Below, piece after piece: positions 1 through 12,630 of a stretch of DNA of 33,846 nucleotides. Source of the DNA: Craspedostauros australis (lineage: Eukaryota). The stretch covers positions 1-33,846 of the forward strand of contig JALAGF010001980.1 in the NCBI GenBank assembly GCA_030167865.1. The letters are read 5' to 3'. The translations under genes and the position numbers were made by a program. The notes below the pieces were generated by a model that was given only the letters and a program-made list of their open reading frames with translations, searched no databases and was not told the origin of the DNA. Positions within the stretch are counted from its first letter, which is position 1, and each line of letters starts with the position of its first letter.

Positions 1-580
1 ACCACTGAAACACAACAAAGGAAACAACACTGCGGTCACCAGTCTCTTTCCGCGTCGTGCCATCAGCTCAGCAAGGGGAGAGATACAGGTTCCGCAGGAT
101 TTTGTATTTACAAACTAAGCTTAACATAAAATAGTATTATACAATATTTTGCATACCACAGGATAAGCCACTGTGATCCATTACATTATATAATACTGTG
201 TTGTGTGGTATTCGCAAGTGTTGCTGTTGCTGTGAACATGGACGTGCAGGGACGCTGCCACCAACGCTGTGCTGTTTGACAAAACAAGGAAGCACACAAC
301 AGAACCAAATCACCAACAACGCAAGGGATCGAGGCAACACCGAATCTGCGACAACGTCACCATCCACACCATTGGATTCCATTGCCGTCTGATATCGACC
401 GTCAAAGACGTCATCAATTTCGTCCGCGGTGAAGACAAGTCAGCCAGGTAATTGTGTCGTATAAGCTAGCTAAATATATCTAACCCTAATTGACAACACT
501 CTGTATCGTTATCTAAAAATATCACGTTTTACGATGTCAAATCCGCAAAAACGTACGATTCTATCCTGAATGGGGCCTTA
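1..580. mobile_element. Possible terminal fragment of a PIF/Harbinger-like DNA transposon
   Basis: An AT-rich tract (450-560) ends ...GAATGGGGCC at 577 and is followed by TTA (578-580). The minus strand reads TAA-GGCCCCATTCAGG, resembling Harbinger/Tourist TIR starts (GGCC/GGGC) with a TWA target site. No partner TIR or transposase motif is visible in the window. Confidence 0.25.
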
Positions 581-3500
581 CCGCACGGGCACAATCACGA
601 GTACAAGTACATACTGAAGCGTCACGAAAGAGCGTCGGGTCAGACAGGAACTGGGATGCACACCAGTGCATTTGTTTCGTTGTCCCCTGCTGACAAAGGT
701 GCCTTCTCTTGATCCCTTGTCCTCTCACAAGAGAAGAGCTGCGAGCACGGCGGCAAAGTCCCGCTTCGCACGAAGGTGACAAGAAGCGGATGGGTGACAA
801 GGGATTGGATCCTGAACGTGCAAATGTGGGGTGTGGATGAGCTCTCGTGTCCCTTGCAATCTCCGCATGGCACACCTCTCTGGCGATGGGAGATGCCAAC
901 GGCATCCACTTGTTCTCATCACCCATCCATCGATGCGTGCTCATTCACTCAGCCATCCCTGTCGCTCATCCACCGATTCACTCATTCATTCATTCATTCA
1001 TCGCTCTTCTTTCCGGCGACGTCCAAGATCAACAGAAACATCGAACCTGCATGCTCGTGTTGCCACTGGTGTGTATCAACGACTCAACAACTTGAGGCGA
1101 CCCTCCCCTTGCCAAAACTGGCGAAGCGAAGGTACAAGTGTATGCACAAAGTATCACGGTACCAGCCACCTATGAGTTCCACAGAAGCAAATGAAAACTA
1201 CTCGTGGGGAATCATCCATCACAACTAAAGTATAGCGACGACAACTATTGGACTATTCTCGTGTGTGTACGGTGGAGAGAAGTTAAATTAACACAGTGCA
1301 GCGTGAGCAAGGAGCAGGAGCGAAGAGTAGAGTAGAGTAGAGTAAATTAGAGTAATGTAGACCACGTAGAGAGCATGGAAACTTGAGAAGGTTAATCGCA
1401 GCCAAAGTAACCGTACCACTTGACGGCAACGACAACGACAGAGAAGGGAACAGATCGATCAGTTTGGCGTTTGTTTGTGTCACATTGCGCACCATGTCAA
1501 CGTTTCTCTTTGTTGATGGTGGCTCCTGTCTCAGGCCGTATCCATGTACGTGCCGCGCACTGATTGGCCCCTCTTGTAGTCGTCTGTGATGCGCATGGCT
1601 CCTCTTCGCGTGATCCAAGAGGTGTCAGCGCTATTCCGAGAGCCGTGACCGGCAACAGATTCGCGGTCGCATTCGGCGCTCTTGGTGATGAGGGACAACT
1701 CAGCGTCACTTGTGTCCAGACATCTTGGATCAGAGATTTATGTTCCCTCTCGCTCATTGTGTTCTCGTGTTCGGGTCATGGTGGTTGGAGAACGAGTGCA
1801 AATCTCGCCAAGAAAGGCACTGAGACAGGCGATCACAACAGGGAGAGAAACAATCGTAAGAACAGAAGCACTGGGAGGATGCGAAGCGACAACAACGTTT
1901 GCAGAAAAAGTTTGCGGAAGGACAGCGACGCGGCAGCTGGAAGCGTCAAAGAGGCGCGATCCTGGCGCGCAATTCCCTTTTCGAGAGTGGCAGGACGAAG
2001 TCAATTCCGCCCACATGGGCGTCCACAACTTCTCCGTCACGCAACAGTCGCCACCACAGCAGCCACAAGACGCCAACGCAGAAAAGCAGAGAGAGAGAGA
2101 GAGAGGCAGACGGTCGTCCAAGCCATCTTCCTTGCCTCAACCCGAACCGCTTCGGGAGCGCCCCGAACACTGGCGACGAATTCACGAATCACGACAAAAA
2201 CCGCATCAAACACGACCTGATGCTTTTCCGCTTTGTAACCCTTCTCAATTCGAACGCTTCCATCACTCGCGGTACCGTCAAACAAGGCCGAGCGCGAACG
2301 CAAGTGCCGCACACTGGCCAGAAACTCAAAGAAACGGTTGAAGGCGACCCATCTTCAGCGCAACGCTTGCCAATCAAACAGGCGCATCGTCTTGGCCTGC
2401 CTTGTCCACGCAATGCTGCTCAGGTTGGATCCAGCTTCTCGCGTGTGCCAGTACCGTGCCGCAACAGTGCCAACGAGTGGGTGTATGGTACCATAGCCCG
2501 CACTAATAGCACAACACATACCTTCGGAGAAGTTTCGCGAGCAACCACGCAATGGGTGTGGTAGCGGGATGTTTGTATCTGCCACGCTGATGGGAATGGA
2601 CATGATGGCTGGGAATGTGCGACAGGGGGTCGCTCTGTATCCAGGCCGGTACTCATCTTCTTGTACTGTGAAGCACAGAGAAAAGATGGCACAGGAAGCG
2701 AGAGACTGGCAACTTGTCATCTGTGCATTCTCCTACACAGATACGAGTACGAGCACAGAAGGGGAGAAGAAGAGAGGGAGAGCAACGAGTACGGGTACGA
2801 GTGGTTGTCGAGTTCGGGTGTGTTGCGGGGAAGCAGGAACACTTCGTATCGGCAGCAGCAATGGGTTGCTCCGTGCCGGGCTGGGTCGGCAGAACTCCTC
2901 CCGCTCCCACCTCTCCGTCTCTTTTCTCCCATGACCACGAGCACGTCTGCTGCAAGCTGCAGGACCGTACACAGTCGGCGCCGAGACCAGACGCCGCTTC
3001 ACAGACACCGCTTCACAGGCACATCCACCCTCTGCGTTCATTTCGGCACCAACTCGCACAGACAGCCGACCGCAGTCCAAGCGACTCATCACCAACCATC
3101 CTTGTGACGAGCCATCAGTTCGCGTGCTGTTACCGCTCTCTCGCTGAGCACGAATGTGGCACTACTATGCCTGCCATCGCATCCGCTGATGGGTTCAAGC
3201 GCTCACCTGCGAAACGAAAAGACACGAAAAGGAAAGGAAAGCTGCATTCTGGTTAGGGCTTCGGATTGCAAGCCAAGGCAAGGCAAAGGCAGGGTGTGAC
3301 AGGGCCAACACGTGAGAGACAGACCGTCAGAGCAGGTATGGCTCTTCACACCCTCTTCTCTCACAACGAGCGATCCAATGGATGTCCCTATACTCGTACC
3401 CATCCAGGTGCGGGCTGTTCGTATTCTTACGATGAAGAATCTGGCGGCCACACGATCGGCATCCTGACCAGTGACCAACCTGCGCCCAACAGATGGCCAT

Positions 3501-4030
3501 GGACAGGACACCCAGGGGAGCGAATTTTGTGCGTGCGTGTGTGTGTGTGTGAGAGAGAGAAAGGGGTGGTTCGGTGGATTGTTGTTGGATCTGTGTCGTG
3601 GCTTCGTTCGTGATTGTTGTGATGGATGTTCGTCGAACAGTCACACAGCAGCTTCCCAAGTCGTGCATGATGAAGGGCGGTCACAAAGCCAGCCAACTCC
3701 TCCACCAAAACCACAACCACAACCAAAAAGAACAACATCTAACAGATGCTAACGGGTGTGGAAGGCAAGTTGATGGCATCATCGATGGTTGTCATGACAA
3801 CGACAGCCACATGCCAGCCGTAGCCGCGGCCACAGCAGCATGGAGCAAGGCACTGTTGGTGCTGCAATCATAAAACGCACGCACACGCAGCCACTGATCG
3901 GCCCCATCATATACTACGTACCATACTCTACTCCTTGCTCTGTTCTCTATTCTCTACCACAACGTACAATAGCTCGTGCGTATCATACCAGGCGAATACA
4001 CTACCAAATCATTCACAGACAAACACAACC

Positions 4031-4903
4031 ATGGCACCATTCTTCATGGAAACGTCGGCAGCAGCGCTCGCCCTCCTCCTCGCCGCTAGCCCGATCTTTG
4101 CGACCGGCTTCACGACGGGGGTAACGCACGAGCTCGAGCTCCGCATGATCGAAGATTGCCTCGACAACGCGGAACCGCACGGCTTCTACGGAGCATTCTT
4201 CCAACGATGCGAGTTCACCTTTCGCAAATCCAAGACCGACGCCACCCTTCAAGTTCCGACCAGCATCATGATGCCTGATGGCGTTGTGAGCGGAGTTCCC
4301 GCACTGATGGGACAGCACGGCGGCAGTTCCAATGCGTGCAGCGATGAGCGAAGCACAGTCGTGGGGCGTCCCGAACCGACGAACTGGGTTGTGGACCTGA
4401 AGGACAGCTCCGATTCCTGGGACTCGTTCAGCAGCGACGACCTGCCCGACGTTGAGGAGATTGCCGACAAGCTGATGCTGTTTCCCGACATGTGCCTGGC
4501 GGTGAGCCCGCGATGCCATCCCGTCGATCACCCGATGCTTCAGGACCGGCTGCCTCTGTACTTTGACGAGATCCCTGCCGGATCCACCCACGTGGAGGTG
4601 AACTGCCAGGGCGATGCGATGGAGCTGAGCCGCTTCGTCCACGACGCTGCGGATGACTTCGAAAAGAGCACGCCAACCATCATCGTGTGGATGGTGGCAG
4701 TCGTGTTGTTCTCTCTCGTGATGAGCCTCTGGGCCTGTCACGGATGCGTGCGCGTGGTTCGCAGCATGATGGTTCCCGCAGTCACCGGGCCGATCCGCGT
4801 CTCTCATCCAGCTCACGACAAGTACATGAGCCTTGCTGGCGACTACGCGTACGAAATGCCCGAGTTGGATCTCAGCGAGAAGGATGAGTTGGTGAAGAAG
4901 TAA
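4031..4903 (+). CDS. Uncharacterised type I membrane protein (290 aa): signal peptide, Cys-containing ectodomain, one TM helix, short cytosolic tail
   Basis: ATG at 4031 follows a CA-rich leader, and the ORF has GC3-rich coding-like codon usage. Hydrophobic N-terminus SAAALALLLAASPIFA, TM segment IIVWMVAVVLFSLVMSLWAC, TAA stop at 4901-4903. Confidence 0.8.
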   Translation: MAPFFMETSAAALALLLAASPIFATGFTTGVTHELELRMIEDCLDNAEPHGFYGAFFQRCEFTFRKSKTDATLQVPTSIMMPDGVVSGVPALMGQHGGSSNACSDERSTVVGRPEPTNWVVDLKDSSDSWDSFSSDDLPDVEEIADKLMLFPDMCLAVSPRCHPVDHPMLQDRLPLYFDEIPAGSTHVEVNCQGDAMELSRFVHDAADDFEKSTPTIIVWMVAVVLFSLVMSLWACHGCVRVVRSMMVPAVTGPIRVSHPAHDKYMSLAGDYAYEMPELDLSEKDELVKK

Positions 4904-5247
4904 AGAAGTGATGCAGCGAAGAGTCGAAGATAGCCGCGGCGAAGAACCATTCCCAGAGCATGAAATGGCGGCAATTGCATTTGAGTAACACGTTGGTAAC
5001 ATCGACACTCCACTCTGTTGAGTCCCGGTCGTGGCCCATGCTCCATCTTCTGGATTGATTTGGGTCGTTCCTCCCTTGAGTGCGTCGTCTTCTCCAACTT
5101 CTATCGTTGCATACTCGCGCAACAATAGATCGGTGTGCTCTGCCATAGTCGTATAGTACTCTGTCATAGAATACTTTGCTGCGATTGGCATGCACGAGTA
5201 TGCTCGACACTTAACAGTCTGCTCTACAACCTATTGATCGTCGCACT

Positions 5248-5270
5248 TCTCTCTCTCTCTCTCTCTCTCT
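5248..5270. repeat. (CT)n microsatellite
   Basis: About 11 consecutive TC units. Confidence 0.9.
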
Positions 5271-5775
5271 GTTGAGAGTAGACATTAGTCTTTCTCCTCA
5301 TTAGGTCAAGTTGGTCAGTTCATGTCAAAAAGTCAACAGAGTTCCTGATTCGCAGGAGTCGGAAAGACGTTTCGGCATTGTGGACAACGACACCAAACGA
5401 AACAACAGACGAAACGACAACCAAACCTCCAAACACAGAGACCAACACAGACTTGCATCCGACGAACACCAGCAACAACGGCAAATGCTCAACCACAACC
5501 GCATTGCCTGTACTATTACGTACACGTACACAGCAAAAAAAACGAAACCAAAAGAAAGCAACAAGCCGCACACACACACGCACAGAAAATCCGCGACAGC
5601 AAACGAGCAACACACAAGAGAGAGGACGCCAACAAAGAGAGGGCACAGGAACATGCCTCCGAGCCAACCCCTGTCACCACTTCGCAACAACCCCCCAACA
5701 ACAGTCGCACGAGTGTTCGTACAGAAGCGTCACAGCATCAAGATTCAGTGCCAACAGGTGCATCGACAATCACAC

Positions 5776-5838
5776 CAACAACAGCAACAACAGCAACAAC
5801 AGCAACAACAGCAACAACAGCGACAACAGCAACAACAG
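5776..5838 (+). repeat. 9-bp tandem repeat (CAACAACAG)x7 just upstream of the SMC6 ATG
   Basis: Seven units read directly; the sixth is the variant CGACAACAG. Confidence 0.9.
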
Positions 5839-5846
5839 CGTGACCA

Positions 5847-8800
5847 ATGTCAACGAGGAAGGCCCAAGCAAAGGAAGCACAGAGCGAGGGCACACCAGAA
5901 CTCGAGATGGAGACGGAGGGAGACGAGGCAGTCGCAGTGGCAGTTGCAGTCGCAGTCCCAGCGGCTGGAGCGGAGGATGCAACTGGGGAGTCCCCAACGA
6001 AGCGTCGCCGGATAGACGAAAGCCAGTCGCAGTCCTCATCGCATGCAACAACGCAGACCAAGTCTGTCACGCCTGCATCCACTTCAGCCAGCGGCAGCGG
6101 GGTGGAGGACGATGATGATGACAACGATGATGACAACGACAATGACAACGACAATGATGACAGACAACACAGTCAAGGACAAGGTGAAGCACAAGGTGAA
6201 AGACAAGCACAAGTTGAAAGACAAGCACAAGTTGAAAGACAAGGTGAAGACCACATCGAACGCCTCGTTCGCAAGATCCAGAGGCACGCGGAGGCAGGAA
6301 CGAGCAGCAGCGCAGCGGAGACAGACTTGGACAGATCCAACCCACCCGAGGTGGGCATCATCACCAAGATCTACGTGGAGAACTTCATGTGCCATCGCAA
6401 GTTCAGGATCGTCCTCAATCGCAACATCAACTTCATCTACGGCCAGAACGGATCCGGCAAGTCCGCCATCCTCGCGGCCATCCAGATCTGCTTGGGGGCG
6501 GGCGCCAGACGCACCAACCGAGCCCGCAACCTCAAGGAGCTCGTGCGCAAGGGGGCCAACTGCGCCTGCGCCAAGGTCTCCGTCACCATCCTCAACGGAG
6601 GCAAGGACGGATACAGGCCGGACCTATACAAGGACAAGATCACGGTCGAGCGCACCATCGCCGTGCGCGGCGGCTACAACGGGTTCAAGCTCTACGATGC
6701 GGACGGCCAAGAGCAGTCACGCAGCAAGAAGGACCTCTACAGCCTCCTCGACCATCTCAACATACAGGTGGAGAACCCCATCGCCATCCTCGACCAGGAG
6801 GAGGCCAAGAAGTTCCTCACCGGCAGCGACCGCGAGAAGTACAAGTTCTTCATGAAGGCGACGGAGCTAGAGCACATTGACAGGACCTTCGCCGCCACCA
6901 TGGACGACCTCCTGGACATGGCCAAGCAGACGGACCGCATGAAGCGCGATCTCCTTCCCTTGGCCGATCGCGTCAAGGACACCAAGGAGCAGTGGCAAAA
7001 GCACAAGGAGCTCGACAAGCTCAAGGCCAAGCTGCGTGACTATCACATCAAGTACGCCTGGGCGCATCACGCGGAGGCAGTCCGCAAGTTCACGGCTGAG
7101 CAGGATGTGAGTTTATATGTTCGATACTGCTGTTGTTACTGCTGCTGTTGCTGGCAGGTATTGCGTTGCGAATGCATTGTTTTAGTACGTTGTGTTGTGC
7201 TGCTGCTCTTGTACCATCCGACAGTTGTTCATGAAGTTCTCAACAAAACAACCTGTCAATAACACACATGCTCACAATCATGCACAAACAAACAAACAAA
7301 CAAACAAACAAACAAACACATCTCCCACGCCATACTATGCTATGCTGTGCGCTCACTAATTGTATCTGCTGTGACAGGCCATGGCAAAATTCAGAGAGAA
7401 AGCATCAAGGAAGCAGCTTGAGCTCAGCCAGGCGGAGGAGGCGTCGGCGGCTCCCAACACGGAGGAGCTCAAGGTGCGTGCGCAGATAGAGAGTCTCATC
7501 AAGGAGGCGCAGGATCAGGCGCAGCTCAAGTCGCAGCTCGAGACAGCCTACAAGGAGGCCCAGAGACCGAAGAAGGACATAGAGCATCAGCAGCAGCGCA
7601 CCGACAGGGAGATGCAGCGTGAGGCGCAAAGCCTCCTGCATGCCAAGCGGGCTCTCGATGCCAAGCGCAAGGAAATCCTCGACAAGCAGGGATCCAAGGA
7701 GTCAGAACGCAAGCGCATCACCATGGAGCTCCAGAACAAGGAGGCGGAGCTCGAGACTGTCAAGCAAGAGAGCGTGCGGTTGCGGCAGGAGGTCACGGAA
7801 GGATTGCGCAAGTACGACGAGCTCGATCCGCACGTGCAGCAGGCGCGTCACAACGAGAATTCGTGCAAGCAGCGGATGCAGGCCATCCGGGCCACTCTCA
7901 GCTCCTTGCAGCAGTCACCGGGGGCAGCGTCGGACCTGGCCCTCTTCGGACGCAACTGCACCAGGGTGCGCGAGATGGCCGATCGTCAGAGCCAACACTT
8001 CCGCGGACCCGTCATCGGTCCCATCGGCGCGCATCTCAAGGTCGCCGCCGGCAAGGAGCAATACGCATCGCTGGCAGAGCTCGCGCTGGGGTCAAGGTTC
8101 CTCGACAGGTTCCTCGTCACGAACGACCACGATCGAAAGATATTCCAGAAGATACGCAAGGATTGCGGCTGCCGCAACGACTGCGGTGTCATCCAGGTCA
8201 AGGTCGACGCCCGGTACCGCGTCCCGCCTCCGCCTGTCGAAGGCGTCGAAACAGTCGCCACCACTCTCAGCGTCGACAACGACCTCGTCTTCAATTGCCT
8301 CGTGGATCAGTTCATGATCGAGCAACGTGCCGTCTGCAGATCCAAGCAGGAGAGCGAGCAGCTTCTTCTGCAGCGCGACGAATCCACCAACCGATACCGC
8401 ATCAGGGGCAAGATCAAGCAGGTCTACTTCCTGCCGCAGGGTGACATGTGGAACGTCTCCAACGGCAACGTCTCCATGATATCCAACGAAAAGAAGCTCA
8501 AGAGGACCATCGGCGTGGACAGGACCTCCGCCATCCAGGAGGCCCAGCTCGAGCTGCAGACCGCCGACAACGAACTCCAGACAGCCGGCCGCGAGTACGC
8601 ACGGTTGGAAGCCGAGCACATGAACTACCAGAGGGAGTGGAACTTGAAGAAGCGAGCGACGCAGAAGCAGAACAAGCTCATCGATCAGATCGAGACCAGA
8701 ATTCAGGAGCTGCGCAACACGGCCACGGAAGCCGAAACCTTCGACACCGACACATCCGAGCTCGAGAGGGACGTCGCGGAGGCGGAAGGCAAGCTGGAGA

Positions 8801-9933
8801 AACTGCGGAACGACAGCGCCTCGCTGGCGCAGCAGGTCGGCGAATACCAAGGTCCCATAGATGCGGCCAAGCGCCAGCTCGACGAAGTGCGCGCTCGCAA
8901 CGAGAAGGTGATCGTCGATCTGAAGCAATCCGAAGAGCAGCTGTCCAAGCTGGTGCAGGACTCGTCGCAGAATCAGGAACGACTCAACAAGAAGCGCGAG
9001 AAGGTGCGGCAGTACGAAGAGATCATCCAGCAGCGGCAGCAGAACATCGACAAGGAAAGCGAGAGGGTGGACAAGGCGCTGCAGGATGCGCGTCTGCTCA
9101 CGTTCCGCTGCATCGAGGAGAACGCCTACGAGAGCAGCCAGGGCGACGGCAGCACGCAGCAGTCGGAGTACGTTGCGAGGGAGCCCACGGAGTCGGATCT
9201 CGAAGGGATCGAGCCCAACGACCCCGGCAAGGACAAGCCGTATTACGAGGCGCGCATAGATCGTTCCAAAGCCAAGATCGCCGAGGAGACGGAGCGGCGA
9301 CAGCTGGACGGCGAGGATGCCGATGTTATCTACACGCGTTATGCTCGTGCATCGAAGTTGCTGGCCGACAAGCAGACGGCAATCGACGAGATCTGCCGCA
9401 AGACGGCGCCGTTGCATAATGATCTCGCGATTCGCCGCAAGCGATGGCTGGGTTTCCGTGGGCACATCGCCGGTGCCACTTGCAGACGGTTCGACGAGAT
9501 TCTGAACATGAAGGGCTCGTCCGGGACGGTGAAGTTCCGGCACCCGGGACAGGAAGAGCGCACGGAGGGCTCGCTGGAGCTGGTGGTGCAAAAGGACTCC
9601 AACGATCAGAACAGCCAGCAGAAGGACGTGGGGGCTTTGAGCGGTGGGGAACGCTCCTTCACGACCATCGCGCTCCTCCTGGCGATGGGAGAGGGACTCG
9701 AATGTCCCTTCCGGGTGATGGACGAATTCGATGTGTTCCTGGACCCGGTGACGCGCAAGCTGGTGCTCGATCAGCTGGTGGAGCTGGGCAGGGAGTTCCG
9801 CAACCGCCAGTTCATCTTCATCACTCCGCAGGACGTTTCGAACGTGAAGACCGACGACATGGTGAGCATCCACCAGATGAGGCCTCCGGAGCGAATGAAC
9901 GTGGCAGGCGCGGTAGCGCAAACGACGTTGTGA
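5847..9933 (+). CDS. SMC6: Structural maintenance of chromosomes protein 6 (SMC5/6 complex), about 1271 aa; exons 5847-7106 and 7378-9933
   Basis: N-head: GIITKIYVENFMCH, Walker A GQNGSGKS, GAGARRTNRA, Q-loop NPIAILDQE. Then coiled coils and a hinge (GPVIGPIGAHL...FLVTNDHD). C-head: signature LSGGERS, Walker B/D-loop PFRVMDEFDVFLD, QFIFITPQ. These are SMC6-type motifs. A phase-0 intron joins the two ORFs in frame. The start codon is less certain. Confidence 0.93.
7107..7377 (+). other. Spliceosomal intron of SMC6 (271 nt) containing a (CAAA)n microsatellite
   Basis: Donor GAT|GTGAGT, branch-like CACTAAT near 7354-7360, acceptor GACAG|GCC. CAAA repeats at about 7284-7318. Confidence 0.85.
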
Positions 9934-10030
9934 GGAATGAAACGCAAAATGCGACGCTCTGCGGATACTCGTGTGGGACTGCACCATGCGAACGTAGAGT
10001 AAGCAATGCAAGTAATTCAACCCATCACAA

Positions 10031-10063
10031 CACAGCACAATACAGCACAATACAGCACAATAC
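10031..10063 (+). repeat. 10-bp tandem repeat (ACAGCACAAT)x3 downstream of SMC6
   Basis: Read directly from the sequence. Confidence 0.85.
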
Positions 10064-10449
10064 AACACCAGCGAAGTCGCATTTGCGTAAGTGCAAAGTG
10101 GGTTGCTCGTCCTCACCGTGGACGAACCACGATCGCAGAGTCGACGAAATTGAACCTGTGCGAGAAATTCGCGCCAAATTGCAGGGATTCAATCGTGGAT
10201 GACAAGGCAACATGAGTCACGAGACAGGGCGACAATGGCGAAGTCTCGCGATGGACGACGTTTGTGGCGCACGTCCGCATGAGCACTCTGCCGCCACTTA
10301 GCACACACACACCGCACAACTCAAGTCAAGTCAAGAGGACTCAACACACCATACTTGAGGGCAGTGAGGAGCAACGAAGTATAATAGACAGAACCAAAGC
10401 AAAGAACAGAAGCAAAGGAAAGCAAAGGACAGAATCAAGAAGCCGAATC

Positions 10450-12630
10450 ATGCCGCTGTCGTTGCACCGGCTGACGAACAGGTCGCAGCTGTTGCCGTTC
10501 GGAAGCAGGAGCAGCGGCATCAGCAGCAGCAATGGGACGGGCATCGCGGCAGGCGGATTCGGAGGAGGAGGCGTCGGCAGAAGGCAGCGCAAGCGGTCTC
10601 AGTCTCGATGGTTCCGAGCTGTGCGCACTTCCATGTTCGGCGCCTTCGTGATCCTCTTCGGTCTGCTGCTGCATCTCGGGATGGACGATTCCATCGCGGG
10701 AGCCTCGCTGACTATGGCGGCCGCCGGAGATGGCTCGCCTGGGGACGCGGGGCGGATGCAACAGAGCAATCTCGCTGCGAGTTCGAGCATCAGTAGTCGT
10801 AGCCCAGCTTCCCTCGCCAACAGCAACGGCCAATCGCACGAACCGCCCGTGGTGGCGTACGCCATCTCCCTCATCAAGTGCGGCGACAAGCAGTCAACGC
10901 CAACGGGCCTGACCGACGCCGCCACCGTCTTGCGCCATTCCGTCCATCTGCAATCGATGCGCAACCCATCGTCCGGCTCCAAATACGATTACAAGATGTA
11001 CGCCATCGTGCACACGCAAGCGGAGGCCTGCAGCCATGTCCTGCGCAACGTGGGCTTCGAACTCATCGTGGTCGACCCGCCCATCCAGCAGAACCAGATC
11101 CGCGGCGAGCATCTCAAGCAGAATATCCACAAGGAGTGGTGCTGCGGCAGCGATGAATTCGTCAAGCTCTACGCCTACACCATCCCGCAGGATGTCATTG
11201 TGCACGTCGATATCGACTTTGCGTTCTACCAACCGATGGATGTTCTGTACGATGCCATCCTGCACGACAAGGACTCGGACGAGGGCCGTGCTGCACGATC
11301 CCAGCTGCTGCTGGAGCGTCCCTCCGATCCGCTGCCCGACAGGATCGATGCCTTCGTCACGAGGGACTGGCCGCAGGTCATTCCGGGTCGCAAGGCGATG
11401 TTTCAAGCGGGCTTCCTCGTGGCACGCCGCGATCCCTCCGTCGTGGACGAGCTCAAGAACGTCATTCTGGAGGGCAACTACACCGGTGGATTCCAGCTCG
11501 CGAATGGCTGGGGTGGTGCGGGTTACGGCGGATACGTCGGATCCATGGCCATGCAAGGTCTCATGGCGTACTACTACGACATGATACGACCCAACACCGC
11601 CGTGGAACTCAACCAGTGTCGGTTCAACCACATGGGCATGGACATTCGGTACCGACACGCACCCAACTTCCACAAACGCAAGAAGGACAAGGTCGGCAAG
11701 TGCCGCAACGATAATCCACACGACATTTGCGAGGACTGCACGGTCACCGACGTCAACCTCATCTACAATGTCCATTACACGGAATGTAAGTTGAATTTTG
11801 CGCGTCGCGAGATTGCATGTCTCTGGGGATGATGCTGGCTTTTGCAATAGCATGGTGCTGATGACTTCCACCACCATGCTCTCAACTCACTGTTTCACCC
11901 ATGCCATACGATACCATACCATACCATACCACTCGTTTCTTTGTTCACATGTTCCGTTTGGTTCAATCACACTCTCTATTCATATGTGCGTGCCGAATAC
12001 TCGTACGCTGCTCTCCTCACGCTGTTCCATGTATGGCTCCGCGTCCGATTGCACAGGTCGGAAACCATGGAATTGCATCGGCGCGGGATCTCCTGGTGGT
12101 CGTTTGAAGAAGCCTGCTGATTCCATTGACACGGATGCTGGCAATTTTGGTAAGTCATCAAACCTTGCGCTCCCCTCTGTTCTGCGCTAGCATGAGCGAA
12201 GCCCACCGCATGGTACACGCTTCAACTCAATGCTGTGCATGGGGATACCGTGTCTGTGTTTGTGCGCACATCCCTCCTGCTCTTGGTTTTAATCATCAAC
12301 CATTCCATCAATCGGCGGACCGGACAACCTTCTCACTCTCCCCCCTGCACATTCATTCATTCATGTTGGCGGCCATGCACTCCACCTCATACCCTGCGCT
12401 CTCGGAAATCAGAGCACTGCATGGAACTGATCCAGAAATGGCACGAGACGAGGCTCGATTTTGAAGACAAGCTGTTTGCGATGACGGAGGATAAAATGAT
12501 TTTGAAAGGCCGAGATGGGGACTACAAGAAGGATATCTTCAAGGGACACTGCACGGGTGAAGGGGGCGAGAATTACCAGCCTATACAAGCATCCGACAAC
12601 ACGTGGCGGCAAGTGATGGAGATCTACTAG
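10450..12630 (+). CDS. Glycosyltransferase family 8-like (GT-A fold) type II membrane protein, about 548 aa; exons 10450-11785, 12057-12149, 12413-12630
   Basis: A basic stretch precedes the TM anchor MFGAFVILFGLLLHLGM. Motifs: WCCGSDEFVKLYAYT, DxD in VHVDID, FQAGFLVA, MQGLMAYYYD, ELNQCRFN. Splicing recreates the GT8-type motif HYTECRKPWNC. Both introns are phase 1, GTAAGT...CAG (11786-12056 and 12150-12412), and keep the frame to TAG at 12628-12630. Confidence 0.85.

Noticed and set aside
480-489. Telomere-like CTAACCCTAA
   Set aside because: Fewer than two units, so not a telomeric array.
4013-5191. 392-aa minus-strand ORF
   Set aside because: Mostly antisense to the 4031-4903 gene, which has a coherent signal peptide/TM architecture.
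7381-9933. Two separate SMC half-genes (split SMC)
   Set aside because: A canonical phase-0 intron joins the halves into one SMC6.
8092-10116. 674-aa minus-strand ORF
   Set aside because: Antisense shadow of the GC3-biased SMC6 exon 2. The L/V-rich translation mirrors sense codons and shows no domain.
10894-11877. 327-aa minus-strand ORF
   Set aside because: Antisense shadow of the glycosyltransferase exon 1.
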